Shown: in pieces, positions 29,462-39,021 of the stretch
How positions within the stretch are numbered: the stretch's first letter is position 1
How the letters are laid out: each line of letters starts with the position of its first letter
NCBI GenBank assembly: GCA_947570175.1
Contig: CANOTJ010000005.1
Coordinates: forward strand, 175 to 64,174
Source of the DNA: an uncultured Mycoplasmatota bacterium
GTDB taxonomy: Bacteria > Bacillota_I > Bacilli_A > RF39 > UBA660
Reading direction: 5' to 3'
Length of the DNA stretch: 64,000 bases
Program-made: the position numbers and the translations under genes
Notes under the pieces: generated by a model
The model's input: the letters and a program-made list of their open reading frames with translations, nothing else
The model's database searches: none
Told to the model about the DNA's origin: nothing

Positions 29462-30694
29462 TTACTTGACAAGATTAGAAATTGCTCGTATAATCCCTAA
29501 TTTTCCATACTCATAAGTGAGACTTCCCTGCAAATAAGCAACATAAGGTTCCCTAATTGGTCCATCACAAGAAAATTCAATAGAAGATCCTTGAGTAAAA
29601 CTACCAGATGCCATAATAACTTGATCATCATATCCAGGCATATCAGAAGCTTCTGGAATCACATAAGAATCAATAAGACTCCCCATTTGAATTCCCTGAA
29701 CAAATCGAATTAATAAGTCTTTATTGTGAAAAATAATACTCTCTACAATATCCGCTCTTTTTTCATCATATCTAGGTTCTACTTCATATCCCATATTTGC
29801 CATAACTTTGCTAGTTAAAACAGCCACTTTTAAAGCATTAGAAACTACACTAGGAGCCATATAAAGCCCTTGTAATATCAGTTTATTCATAGATAAAGAA
29901 GGTCCAACTTCTTTTGCCTCACCTGGTAAGTTTAAACGTTCAGAGCATAAATGTATAAGATCTTTTCTTCCTACTATATAAGCTCCATTTGGAGCAATTC
30001 CTCCACCCAAATTTTTAATTAATGAGCCAACTATTAAATCAGCACCAACTTCTATTGGTTCTATTGTATCAACAAATTCACAATAACAATTATCTACCAT
30101 AATAATAATATTTGGATTAATCTTTTTAATAAATTGAATCACTTTTTTAATTTGTTCTATTCTAATACTTTTTCTAGTAGAATATCCTTTAGAACGTTGA
30201 ATTTCAATAGCTTTAATTTGTTTGTTATGTATTACCTTCTGAATCTTATCATAATCAAAATCATCATCTTTTAAATCAATTTGTTCATATTGTATTCCAA
30301 AAGACTTCAAAGAACTATCGTTATCTTTAATCCCTATTACTTCATGAAGAGTATCATAGGGAGTCCCTGTTATGGACATAAGAATGTCTCCTGGTCTTAA
30401 TATACCAAAAAGACATACCGTTAAAGCATGGGAGCCAGAAATAAATTGGCTTCGAACTAAAGCATCCTCTGCTTTAAATATCTCTGTATAAATCTTCTCA
30501 ATAGAGTCTCTTCCAATATCATCATAGCCATATCCCGTTGTTGAATGAAAATGAGATTCTGAAATTTTTTGATTTTGAAAAGCCTTCATTACTTTCAAAC
30601 TATTCTGTTCACAAACTTTATCTATTTTAAAAAATATTTCTTGTACCTCTTTTTCTGCTTGGTTTACTTTTACAATAATATCTTCCTTCATCAA
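29462..30694 (-). CDS. PLP-dependent methionine gamma-lyase family protein (YnbB/aluminium-resistance-protein-like)
   Basis: 410 aa. Family-level resemblance of the N-terminus and length to YnbB-type Cys/Met-metabolism PLP enzymes. Stop overlaps the start of the upstream SDR gene (ATGA). Confidence 0.55.
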   Translation of the reverse strand: MMKEDIIVKVNQAEKEVQEIFFKIDKVCEQNSLKVMKAFQNQKISESHFHSTTGYGYDDIGRDSIEKIYTEIFKAEDALVRSQFISGSHALTVCLFGILRPGDILMSITGTPYDTLHEVIGIKDNDSSLKSFGIQYEQIDLKDDDFDYDKIQKVIHNKQIKAIEIQRSKGYSTRKSIRIEQIKKVIQFIKKINPNIIIMVDNCYCEFVDTIEPIEVGADLIVGSLIKNLGGGIAPNGAYIVGRKDLIHLCSERLNLPGEAKEVGPSLSMNKLILQGLYMAPSVVSNALKVAVLTSKVMANMGYEVEPRYDEKRADIVESIIFHNKDLLIRFVQGIQMGSLIDSYVIPEASDMPGYDDQVIMASGSFTQGSSIEFSCDGPIREPYVAYLQGSLTYEYGKLGIIRAISNLVK

Positions 30695-31476
30695 TACAAT
30701 CCTCCATCTACTCGAATTACAGAATTATTAATATAACTAGCTTGAGTGCTCGCTAAAAAGAAAACAACATGAGCGATTTCTTCTGGTTTTGCAATTCGTT
30801 TTAAAAATATTTTTTCTTCCTCACTTTTGATATATTCTTCATCTACATCCTTTAGCTCGTTTTCTGTTCCAACCCAACCTGGCGCTACACAATTGACACG
30901 AATATAAGGTGCGAATTGAAAAGCCAAATTATGGGTTAAAGAAATTAATCCTGCTTTGGATGCATCATAATCTAGACACATAGGAAAAGGAGTATCTATC
31001 CCATTTGTTGAGGAAATATTAATAATACTTCCCCTCTTTTGTTTCATCATATAATTTCCAATATATTTACTAATTAAAAAAGGCCCTACCAAATTTACAT
31101 CTAGTGTTTGTAAAAAATTCTCTTTTGTTTTTTCTTCAAATAAACAATCTAATGCAATTGCGGCATTATTAACAAGTACATCTATTCTCCCAAATTGCTT
31201 AATAATTTGCTCTACCATATTCTTGATTTCACTTTCTTTTGAAAGATCGCACGCAATACACATAACATCTACACAATAGTGATTTTCTATTTTCTTTTTT
31301 AATAAAAAAGCCTCTTTTTTACTCTGATTATAGTGAATAATAACATTATAATTATTCTTAGCAAATTCTAAAATACAACTTGCGCCAATTCCTTTAGAGG
31401 AACCAGTAACTAATACAACATCTCTCATATATACATAAAAAGAGCACTTAGGCTCTTGATGAATACTTCCCATCAC
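30691..31476 (-). CDS. SDR family oxidoreductase (FabG-like 3-oxoacyl-ACP reductase family)
   Basis: TGSSKGIG Rossmann motif, NNAA, catalytic YxxxK (YDASK). 261 aa. Confidence 0.8.
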   Translation of the reverse strand: MMGSIHQEPKCSFYVYMRDVVLVTGSSKGIGASCILEFAKNNYNVIIHYNQSKKEAFLLKKKIENHYCVDVMCIACDLSKESEIKNMVEQIIKQFGRIDVLVNNAAIALDCLFEEKTKENFLQTLDVNLVGPFLISKYIGNYMMKQKRGSIINISSTNGIDTPFPMCLDYDASKAGLISLTHNLAFQFAPYIRVNCVAPGWVGTENELKDVDEEYIKSEEEKIFLKRIAKPEEIAHVVFFLASTQASYINNSVIRVDGGLY

Positions 31477-32020
31477 TTGTTGTAATTAGAATTTTCTCAC
31501 CTTGTTCAATAAATAAAGGTACTCTCACTAATAATCCAGTTTCAACATAAGCGTCTTTTAACGCATTATTGGTAGTATTTCCTTTTACTGCTGGTTCTGT
31601 TTGTACAACTGTAAATTCTACTTTATCTGGTAATACCAAACCAAGTAGTTCTCCTTCATACATAATAACATCCACTAACATATTCTCAATCAAATAGTTT
31701 TTGTCATCTCCTACTTGATCAGCAGTTAATTCTAATTGTTCATAAGTCTCCATATTCATAAAACAATAAGTATCTCCAGTATTATATAAATATTGAACAT
31801 TAGAACGATTAATATTTGCTTTTTCAAATTTTACATTTGTATTAAAGGTTCTCTCAATAGTTCCACCAGTTCTTAAATTTTTCAATTTTGTTTTCATGAA
31901 TGCAGAACCTTTTCCTGGTTTAACATGTAAAAATTCAATTACTTGATAGATGTTTCCTTCTATCATTAATGTCATACCAGTTTTAATATCATTTACATGT
32001 ATCATCTTTTTCCACCTCAA
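31448..32020 (-). CDS. efp: translation elongation factor P
   Basis: N-terminal MIHVNDIKTGMTLMIEGNIYQVIEFLHVKPGKGSAFMKTKLKNLRTG including the KPGKG loop. Likely real start at the internal MIHV. 185-190 aa. Confidence 0.9.
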   Translation of the reverse strand: MRWKKMIHVNDIKTGMTLMIEGNIYQVIEFLHVKPGKGSAFMKTKLKNLRTGGTIERTFNTNVKFEKANINRSNVQYLYNTGDTYCFMNMETYEQLELTADQVGDDKNYLIENMLVDVIMYEGELLGLVLPDKVEFTVVQTEPAVKGNTTNNALKDAYVETGLLVRVPLFIEQGEKILITTSDGKYSSRA

Positions 32021-32196
32021 TAAAATCTATTTTGTCTTCTCATACAAGTTTTCACTTTGACATTTTGGGATATATTAATTCCTGCGTTTTGTCTTAATTC
32101 TTTTTCATTATGTTTCGCAAACTCCACTATACAATTGAATAAACGTTTTATAATCGGGTTATCCTATTATCATTATTTATAGATAAAATTTCATCG

Positions 32197-32355
32197 TTAT
32201 TTATCCTCTTTATGAGCAGTATGTTTTTGACATTGTGAACAATATTTATTTAGTGTTAAGCGTTCTGTATCTCTTTGTTTTTCACTACGGTACTCCTTTT
32301 TACCACATACAGTACATGTAAGGGTTATTTTTCCTCTATTTTCTTTTTTTGCCAT
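32197..32355 (-). CDS. rpmG: 50S ribosomal protein L33 (zinc-ribbon type)
   Basis: The ORF track gives 32197..32406. The likely start is MAKKENRGKITLTCTVCGKK...KYCSQCQKHTAHKEDK (52 aa) with the CxxC...CxxC L33 pattern. Confidence 0.7.
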   Translation of the reverse strand: MAKKENRGKITLTCTVCGKKEYRSEKQRDTERLTLNKYCSQCQKHTAHKEDK

Positions 32356-32423
32356 AAAAAATTCCTCCTTTTGTTTTGAGCTAGAACTATTATAACAAAT
32401 ATTCATAAAATTTCCAACTTTTA

Positions 32424-32885
32424 TTACAAAAAAGACGTGAACTTTGTAAAAGTTGTTATAAAAATCTGAATTGCACCAGCAAAAATCCCTACAGACAAGA
32501 ATAAAAGTATTATACTAAAAAAAGATAGAGTTCCAATATCAAGAAAAATTACTTTAGGATTTTTAGGATCTACAAACCCTTTCAAATTTTGTATTTGTTG
32601 GGCTTTCATTAATTTACTAGCATTAGCTCCTCCATATCCACGAGATAAACGTTGAACATATTCTTTTTTATTATAATAATATCTAACCGTTGGACTTACC
32701 ATTAGTCCATCCCGAAAATACTTATCTAGTGAAACAATTTCCACATTCACTTTAGGAAAATTTTTCTTAATATTTTGATTTCCGCGATAGCATAAATAAA
32801 ATCCTTTCATCACAAAATACCCTAATATCAATAAAATGACTCCTAGAATCAAACTACCAACAACATCTAACATAATATATCTCAC
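32424..32885 (-). CDS. small membrane protein, hypothetical (N- and C-terminal TM helices)
   Basis: 153-aa ORF between the PBP gene and rpmG. Confidence 0.5.
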   Translation of the reverse strand: MRYIMLDVVGSLILGVILLILGYFVMKGFYLCYRGNQNIKKNFPKVNVEIVSLDKYFRDGLMVSPTVRYYYNKKEYVQRLSRGYGGANASKLMKAQQIQNLKGFVDPKNPKVIFLDIGTLSFFSIILLFLSVGIFAGAIQIFITTFTKFTSFL

Positions 32886-32896
32886 TTCCTATATTT

Positions 32897-34987
32897 CTAT
32901 GGATACATCGAAAAATAAGCATCGCTAACTGCTTTCGCAATTCTTTTATTAACGGTACTTTGATAAGTACTACCTGTTTCTGAATAATAAATATCTGGTG
33001 AAATCACAGTAAAAGTTATTTTAGGGTTGTCATAAGGCGCATAAGCAACAAAAGTAGTAGTAACTGTTTCTTTATCTACTTTTCCATCCCCATCACTATC
33101 AATAAAACTTTGACTAGTTCCCGTTTTACCAGCTGGTTTATAAGACAAATCAATATATCCTGAGCCAGTTCCTCCATATTCTAAAACTTGTTTAAAGCCC
33201 TCTTTTACTCGCTCTAAATATTCTGGTTTTGTATCTACCTTATTTAATTCTTTCACTTCCTTTGTAAATTTTACTTTTTCTAAGTTACCATCAGTCGAAG
33301 AATAGACATTTTTTAACAAATATGACTGCATACGACTTCCGTTATTTGCAATAGTTCCAATATACTGTGATAATTGAATAGGTGTATAAGTATCGTATTG
33401 ACCAATCGAAAAATCTAAAAGAAGTCCGCCAACTTTGCTTTCACCTTTATATCCTAAACTTTCAACTGGTAAATCTATTTCTGTTTTTACCCCTAAACCG
33501 AATTGTGCAAAGGTATTGCGATAGATATCAAAGGCATTATTATCTACTCTAAATGGTGTATCGTAAGTATAATTTACTCCAGCTAATTTCATTGCTGTAT
33601 AAAATTGATAAACATTTGAGGATAATTTTAAAGCTGTCAAATCATTAACATTTCCTAAGTTTCTCCAAGAACATTTTTGAGGAGCTCCCGCTAGTTTAAT
33701 ACAAGAATCATAACGTCTTTCTCCTATTTGTAAGTTACCAGTATTATATCCTACAATATGGGAAGCTCCCTTTACAACTGATCCCACAACTACTGGAGAA
33801 GTTGTAATTCCTGGTGTATAATCATATACTTTATATTCTCCATTTTCTTCTTTTACTTGCTTTCCTGCCATTGCAAGAATCTCACCTGTTTTTGGATCCG
33901 ATATAATAACAAATGAGCGATTATAATACATAGTATTCGGTTCTTTTTTTGTGGCGCTTACTTCATTTGTTAAAATCTCCTCTACCTTTTTTTGAAGTTC
34001 CATATCAATTGTCAACATGATATCATTTCCACGACTACCCTCTTTTGTTAATACTTTCTCTCCATTATCTAATACTTCATATTGATTTTTAACTCCTCTT
34101 AAATAGTCGTCATATTGGTATTCTAAGTAACTTACCCCAACCCGGTCATTTAAATTATATCCTTTTTTTAAATATTCTTCTTTTAAATCTGAAGGAATTC
34201 CTTTTTCTGAATCACTCACGCCTCCTAAAATCGCTCGAAAAGTATCCCCATACAAGTAGCTTCGATTCCAATCTAATCTAGTATTAAAACCCTTTAAATG
34301 ATGGGTGTTGCTAGCAACACTCGCAAATTCTTGATCAGTCACATTATCCTTTTTAATTACCTTGTCTGCATAAGAATATCCTTTATTCATTAAGTAGTAG
34401 ATATAAGCGGCTTCTCTATCTCTATCCTGATAAGCTCCTAATTCTTCTTCTGTAACTCGTTCGAATTTTAATTCTTCTATGTCATCTGCTGTAATTTTAC
34501 GATATTCTAAATCTTGCCATTCTGATTTTTTTATTTTTTTCTTTGCCTTATCTAGATTATTTTTTACCCAAAATTTACGAAGGTTTTTATCTGTTAATTT
34601 TGAAAAATCCACTTCTATTAAATCTGCCATTTGATAAGCTAATTTGACTTCTTCTGTCGCAGTAACCTGATTTTCTTTTTTATAATAAATTTCCTTATTT
34701 GGTTTGTTATCGACTATTAGTCTTTTATTTCGATCATAAATACGTCCACGTGGTGCGGTTGATCCATCAATAATATTCTTATTTAAAATTTCTAATTTAT
34801 CCTTATAATATTCATTTTTGATTACTTGAATATAAAATAAATTAATAAATAAAATGATAATTACTAACGTAATAACTCCGATTAATATATTGTATCTTTT
34901 TTCGATTATTTCTTTAATATCCTTATATTTTTTATAATAATTATATTTGATATTAACAGTACTTTTTTTCTTAAATATTTTGTTCAT
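32897..34987 (-). CDS. class B penicillin-binding protein (peptidoglycan D,D-transpeptidase, PBP2/FtsI-like)
   Basis: N-terminal TM helix, dimerisation domain, and transpeptidase motifs SVVK (SxxK), SSN (SxN) and KTGT. 696 aa. Confidence 0.85.
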   Translation of the reverse strand: MNKIFKKKSTVNIKYNYYKKYKDIKEIIEKRYNILIGVITLVIIILFINLFYIQVIKNEYYKDKLEILNKNIIDGSTAPRGRIYDRNKRLIVDNKPNKEIYYKKENQVTATEEVKLAYQMADLIEVDFSKLTDKNLRKFWVKNNLDKAKKKIKKSEWQDLEYRKITADDIEELKFERVTEEELGAYQDRDREAAYIYYLMNKGYSYADKVIKKDNVTDQEFASVASNTHHLKGFNTRLDWNRSYLYGDTFRAILGGVSDSEKGIPSDLKEEYLKKGYNLNDRVGVSYLEYQYDDYLRGVKNQYEVLDNGEKVLTKEGSRGNDIMLTIDMELQKKVEEILTNEVSATKKEPNTMYYNRSFVIISDPKTGEILAMAGKQVKEENGEYKVYDYTPGITTSPVVVGSVVKGASHIVGYNTGNLQIGERRYDSCIKLAGAPQKCSWRNLGNVNDLTALKLSSNVYQFYTAMKLAGVNYTYDTPFRVDNNAFDIYRNTFAQFGLGVKTEIDLPVESLGYKGESKVGGLLLDFSIGQYDTYTPIQLSQYIGTIANNGSRMQSYLLKNVYSSTDGNLEKVKFTKEVKELNKVDTKPEYLERVKEGFKQVLEYGGTGSGYIDLSYKPAGKTGTSQSFIDSDGDGKVDKETVTTTFVAYAPYDNPKITFTVISPDIYYSETGSTYQSTVNKRIAKAVSDAYFSMYP

Positions 34988-35576
34988 AACGCTTATTTAC
35001 TTGATTCCAATCTATAATCTTTAAAAAAGCATCAATATATTTATTACGTTCATTTTTATACTGCAAATAATAGGCATGTTCCCATAAATCTAGTGCCATA
35101 ATTGGAATTAATCCATAACTATAAGGTGTTTCCTGATTAGAAAAATCAATAATCTCTAATTCCTTATTGGAATTTAAAACTAAAAAGGTATAACCTGAAC
35201 CTACCATTAAATTTGCTTGTCTTCTAATTTCATCAACAAAATTTTCTACACTACCATATTGTTTAATGGCTTGATCTTTTAATTTTCCATCCATAGATGC
35301 TTTACTAGGACTCATACTATCAAAATATAATTCGTGATTGATTACTCCACCCAAATTATATAATATATCTCCACGAATATTTAATGGGAATTCATCAATA
35401 TGGGAAACCAATTCTTCTTTTGTATAAGATTCATGATAGCCTACACTATTTAATAACTCATTTAACTTCTTTAAATAATTTAAATAGTGTTTATGATAAT
35501 GAAGATTTATAATTTCTGAAGAAATATAAGGTTCTAAAGCATTTTCACTATAATTTAATGGTTTTTGTTGATACAT
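34971..35576 (-). CDS. sodA: Fe/Mn superoxide dismutase
   Basis: ALEPYIS, LHYHKHY (variant of HHxKHH), GGVINHELYF, DLWEHAYYLQYKN. 201 aa. Confidence 0.85.
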   Translation of the reverse strand: MYQQKPLNYSENALEPYISSEIINLHYHKHYLNYLKKLNELLNSVGYHESYTKEELVSHIDEFPLNIRGDILYNLGGVINHELYFDSMSPSKASMDGKLKDQAIKQYGSVENFVDEIRRQANLMVGSGYTFLVLNSNKELEIIDFSNQETPYSYGLIPIMALDLWEHAYYLQYKNERNKYIDAFLKIIDWNQVNKRYEQNI

Positions 35577-35660
35577 AAGATCACCTCTTTAGTTTATTTT
35601 ATTATAAATGTATTACATTATTCTAAGTATCCATCATATATTAGTTTAGAGGTGGATACA

Positions 35661-35924
35661 TTGATTGAACGATTAATCGCAAATTACGTAAGCAAATTAA
35701 AAAAACAAGATGTTATACAGTTTGCTTTAAAAAATGATATCAATCTAAAAGATGACGAAGTAAATATTGTTTACGGTACCATTCAAAAATACTGGAAGGA
35801 AATCATTTTTGAAGATCATGAAAGGATATTACAAAAAATAAAAGGAAAAATGAATAATAATACCTATCAAAAAATAGAAGAATTAATTATCTTATATAAA
35901 GAAAAATATCATTCTTATTTATAA
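35661..35924 (+). CDS. small hypothetical protein (~87 aa; TTG start after AGAGGTGG RBS)
   Basis: The ORF track gives 35565..35924. The best RBS-start pair is AGAGGTGG-n5-TTG at 35661. No recognisable family. Confidence 0.4.
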   Translation: MIERLIANYVSKLKKQDVIQFALKNDINLKDDEVNIVYGTIQKYWKEIIFEDHERILQKIKGKMNNNTYQKIEELIILYKEKYHSYL

Positions 35925-36820
35925 AATCGAATAACATCTTCTATTAAATTAGAATTCCATTTCTGGCCTCGAATCATTTCTATTTCAAATCGGTATGGTG
36001 GATATGAATTCTTTTTATCTTCGGTTACAATATAAGGCGTTTCTAATATTTTGGGAACGTCTTTTAATTTTGGATGATAGAGAATCAAAAGTAAATTTTT
36101 AAAGCCAATATGACCATATCCTAAATTTTCATGACGGTCTTTATGAGACTCTATTATATTCTTACTATCATTTACATGAATACACGCTAGCTTATTCAAT
36201 CCTATTATACGATCAAACATAGATAAAATTTTGTCGAAATCATTCAAATCGTAACCTGCATCATGAATATGGCAAGTATCTAAACAAACTTTAATTTTAT
36301 TTTTTTGTTTTACTCCATCAATGATTAGTTTTATTTCTTCAAAGTTTTTACCTAGCTCACTTCCCTTTCCTGCCATTGTTTCTAAACAAATATTCACATT
36401 TGTATATTCTGTCAAAACCTGATTTAAAGCAAAAATAATATTCTTTAGGCCCTTTTCTTCCCCAAGTCCAACATGACTGCCAGGATGAAGAACCAAATTT
36501 TGGATTCCTAATGTTTCTACTCTTTCTATTTCTTGCTTTAAAAAGGAAATAGCAAAATCATAATTTTTAGTATCGTTTGCTAAATTAATAATATAGGGAG
36601 CATGAACAATTACATTTTTTTTATCAATTCCGTGTTGTTTCATCATCTCGTCCGCTTTTTTTGTAAGCTCCAAATCAATCGCAGAACGATTGGTATTTTG
36701 AGGAGCTCCTGTATAAAACATAAATGTATTTGCTTTATAAGAAATAGCCTCTTTTACACTTCCCAATAATTGATCTTGTTTCTTAAACGAAACATGTGAA
36801 CCAATAATAATTTCTTCCAT
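35915..36820 (-). CDS. nfo: deoxyribonuclease IV (endonuclease IV, AP endonuclease family 2)
   Basis: MEEIIIGSHVSFKK N-terminus, HAPYIINLA, and the TIM-barrel metal-ligand His/Asp/Glu pattern. 301 aa. Confidence 0.85.
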   Translation of the reverse strand: MEEIIIGSHVSFKKQDQLLGSVKEAISYKANTFMFYTGAPQNTNRSAIDLELTKKADEMMKQHGIDKKNVIVHAPYIINLANDTKNYDFAISFLKQEIERVETLGIQNLVLHPGSHVGLGEEKGLKNIIFALNQVLTEYTNVNICLETMAGKGSELGKNFEEIKLIIDGVKQKNKIKVCLDTCHIHDAGYDLNDFDKILSMFDRIIGLNKLACIHVNDSKNIIESHKDRHENLGYGHIGFKNLLLILYHPKLKDVPKILETPYIVTEDKKNSYPPYRFEIEMIRGQKWNSNLIEDVIRFYK

Positions 36821-36871
36821 AATTCACCTACTCTTTTTCATTATAACATTTTAATAGGTTTTAGAAAATAA

Positions 36872-37831
36872 TTAAAGATGAATTTTTTCCGTTTTATTAC
36901 TTTTGATATATTGTTTTAAAAAATTCTTTTTATCTTGGTCTTCTTCAAATAAAAAATCTGCCAGTACGAATGATTTCTCTATATTCAATATTCCGTAATG
37001 ATCAATATCACCATCTGCAATACTTCCTTCTCTTAAATATTTGTGAATAATATCCCAATTAGATGAATAATTGGAATGAAGTAAAAAGTTTAAGAAAAAT
37101 CGAATATTATTTTGCCATATAATGGGATCTAAACTTCCGTTTGGACAGCGAAATTCAATTGTATTATCCTTTATATTTTTTCCTAATATAAAGGCTCCAG
37201 AAAAATCAACTGCCCTTCTTTTATAAAAATCGATTTGACGATTCATACTATGAAGACTCACACTCTGAAGATTAATTCTATGATTTCCAAGTAAATAATG
37301 ATTAAAAGTAGTTGCTAAAGGAGCTGCTGTTTCTATGATCTGCTCTCTATAAGTATCCATTTGTCCATAACCAAATCGGTAAATAATATCTTCAAAAATA
37401 ATCCAAAGTTTTAAAAATTTCTTTAAACTTTTTTTATTTTTTAAAACTTGTGTTCCAATATGAATATGTCCTCCACATTTAGAATTAATACTAGCTTTCT
37501 GTTCTAATAAGAAATGGCACATCTTCTCTATTTGCTTCCAATACTTTGGTTCATCACAAAAGACTTTCGAAGCCATTTCCCCACCATATATATTTCCCAC
37601 TCTTTCTTGTAATTCATTTAAACTACTATCATGATAAAAATTCCAATGTTCTTTAAACTCTTCTGTTAAATTTGCTTCTACCTGCCTATGTAAGGCTTTA
37701 ACAAACTCAATTTCAATTCCAAAAGTATATTTAGAATCTATATCTATCGTAGATTGATAAGATATTACATGATTTCTTAATTCTTCTAAAAATTGTTTTT
37801 GATCTAATTCATTCAATTTAGTTAATAACAC
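36872..37831 (-). CDS. glutamine-synthetase-like putative amidoligase (Amidoligase_2/GCS2-like carboxylate-amine ligase), tentative
   Basis: 319 aa with GIEIEF (GxExE), CGGHIHIG (GxHxHxG-like) and TIEFRCPNG (E-x-R) motifs, in the order expected for GS-like ligases. Confidence 0.45.
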   Translation of the reverse strand: MLLTKLNELDQKQFLEELRNHVISYQSTIDIDSKYTFGIEIEFVKALHRQVEANLTEEFKEHWNFYHDSSLNELQERVGNIYGGEMASKVFCDEPKYWKQIEKMCHFLLEQKASINSKCGGHIHIGTQVLKNKKSLKKFLKLWIIFEDIIYRFGYGQMDTYREQIIETAAPLATTFNHYLLGNHRINLQSVSLHSMNRQIDFYKRRAVDFSGAFILGKNIKDNTIEFRCPNGSLDPIIWQNNIRFFLNFLLHSNYSSNWDIIHKYLREGSIADGDIDHYGILNIEKSFVLADFLFEEDQDKKNFLKQYIKSNKTEKIHL

Positions 37832-37871
37832 AAAACCACCCCAAGCAATATTGGAGTATTATATCATTTAT

Positions 37872-38516
37872 TTATTCATCAAGCAAATCACTACGTTTGA
37901 TAATAAATGTCTTATTATTTTTATAAAAAGCATAAAAAATATCTTCTACTTTTAAATTTTGTTTTTTTAACATCTGATTTAACCATTTTTGATCTTTCTT
38001 AATTTCCTTTAATACGTGAAGATCAATCGTTCCATCTAAAATTAAGGGAAGCGGATATTCTTTTGTGTTTTGAAATACAGATAAACTACCATTTGTTTCT
38101 AATACAGCGTAATCAACCTCCTCTAAACTTTGAACTCCCTTTTCTCGTAGTTGGCTAATTAAATCATCCAACGTATATCGTAACTTTGTCATAACATTAA
38201 ATTTTACTTTTCCATCTTTAATGATAACACTAGGATGCCCATCAATAAATGTTCGAATTTTATTATTCTTCATACTAATATAACTAAGAAATATTTCACA
38301 AATAACTAAAATAACAATGGGAACAATTGACATAAGAATAGATCGCTCAACATTTTCAATAGAGATCGCAGCCAGTTCTGCAATCAATACTGTTACGATT
38401 AAATCTCCTATTCCAAGTTCTCCAATTTCTTTTTTCCCCATTAAGCGATACACAAAAATAATAAAGAAATAAAGAAAAAATGTTTTTAAAGCAAGAATTA
38501 TATACATTTTCATCAC
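37872..38516 (-). CDS. DUF421 (YetF/YdfR-like) membrane protein
   Basis: N-terminal TM helices with GELGIGDLIVTVLIAELAA. C-terminal soluble YetF-like domain. 214 aa. Confidence 0.7.
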   Translation of the reverse strand: MMKMYIILALKTFFLYFFIIFVYRLMGKKEIGELGIGDLIVTVLIAELAAISIENVERSILMSIVPIVILVICEIFLSYISMKNNKIRTFIDGHPSVIIKDGKVKFNVMTKLRYTLDDLISQLREKGVQSLEEVDYAVLETNGSLSVFQNTKEYPLPLILDGTIDLHVLKEIKKDQKWLNQMLKKQNLKVEDIFYAFYKNNKTFIIKRSDLLDE

Positions 38517-38581
38517 CTATTTTATTATGATGTAGGAATAAGATTTTATTCAAATTCATAACTTTAATAGGAGGATTTTTT

Positions 38582-38950
38582 ATGAAATATGCGAAAGATT
38601 TAGGAATCTCATTGTTATTTATTATAGGAAGTTTTATTATTTTGACATTCTTAATGACAACACTAAACTATTTTAATTTATTTTCTAGCGGTCTTGTTTC
38701 TGTTTTTAAAATTATTATTCCAATCTTTTCTTTATTCCTTGGAGGATTTATAATTGGTAAAAAAAGTTCGAAAAAAGGATGGCTAGAGGGTCTAAAATTG
38801 TCTCTTATCTTTACAATCATTTTAATTTTATTTAATTTATTGGGATTAGGAAACAAAATAGAATTTAAAAATATTGTATACTATATCATTATTATTGCTT
38901 CCTGTATGTTTGGAGGAATGTTAGGGATTAATAAAACAGATACGAAATAA
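38582..38950 (+). CDS. small membrane protein (4 TM segments), hypothetical
   Basis: 122-aa hydrophobic ORF with an AGGAGG RBS upstream. Confidence 0.5.
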   Translation: MKYAKDLGISLLFIIGSFIILTFLMTTLNYFNLFSSGLVSVFKIIIPIFSLFLGGFIIGKKSSKKGWLEGLKLSLIFTIILILFNLLGLGNKIEFKNIVYYIIIIASCMFGGMLGINKTDTK

Positions 38951-39021
38951 AGCAAAGAAAGCTTTATTTTTTGTACAATCATTTAAATAAACAAAAAGTT
39001 TTATCGTTATGATAAAACTCT

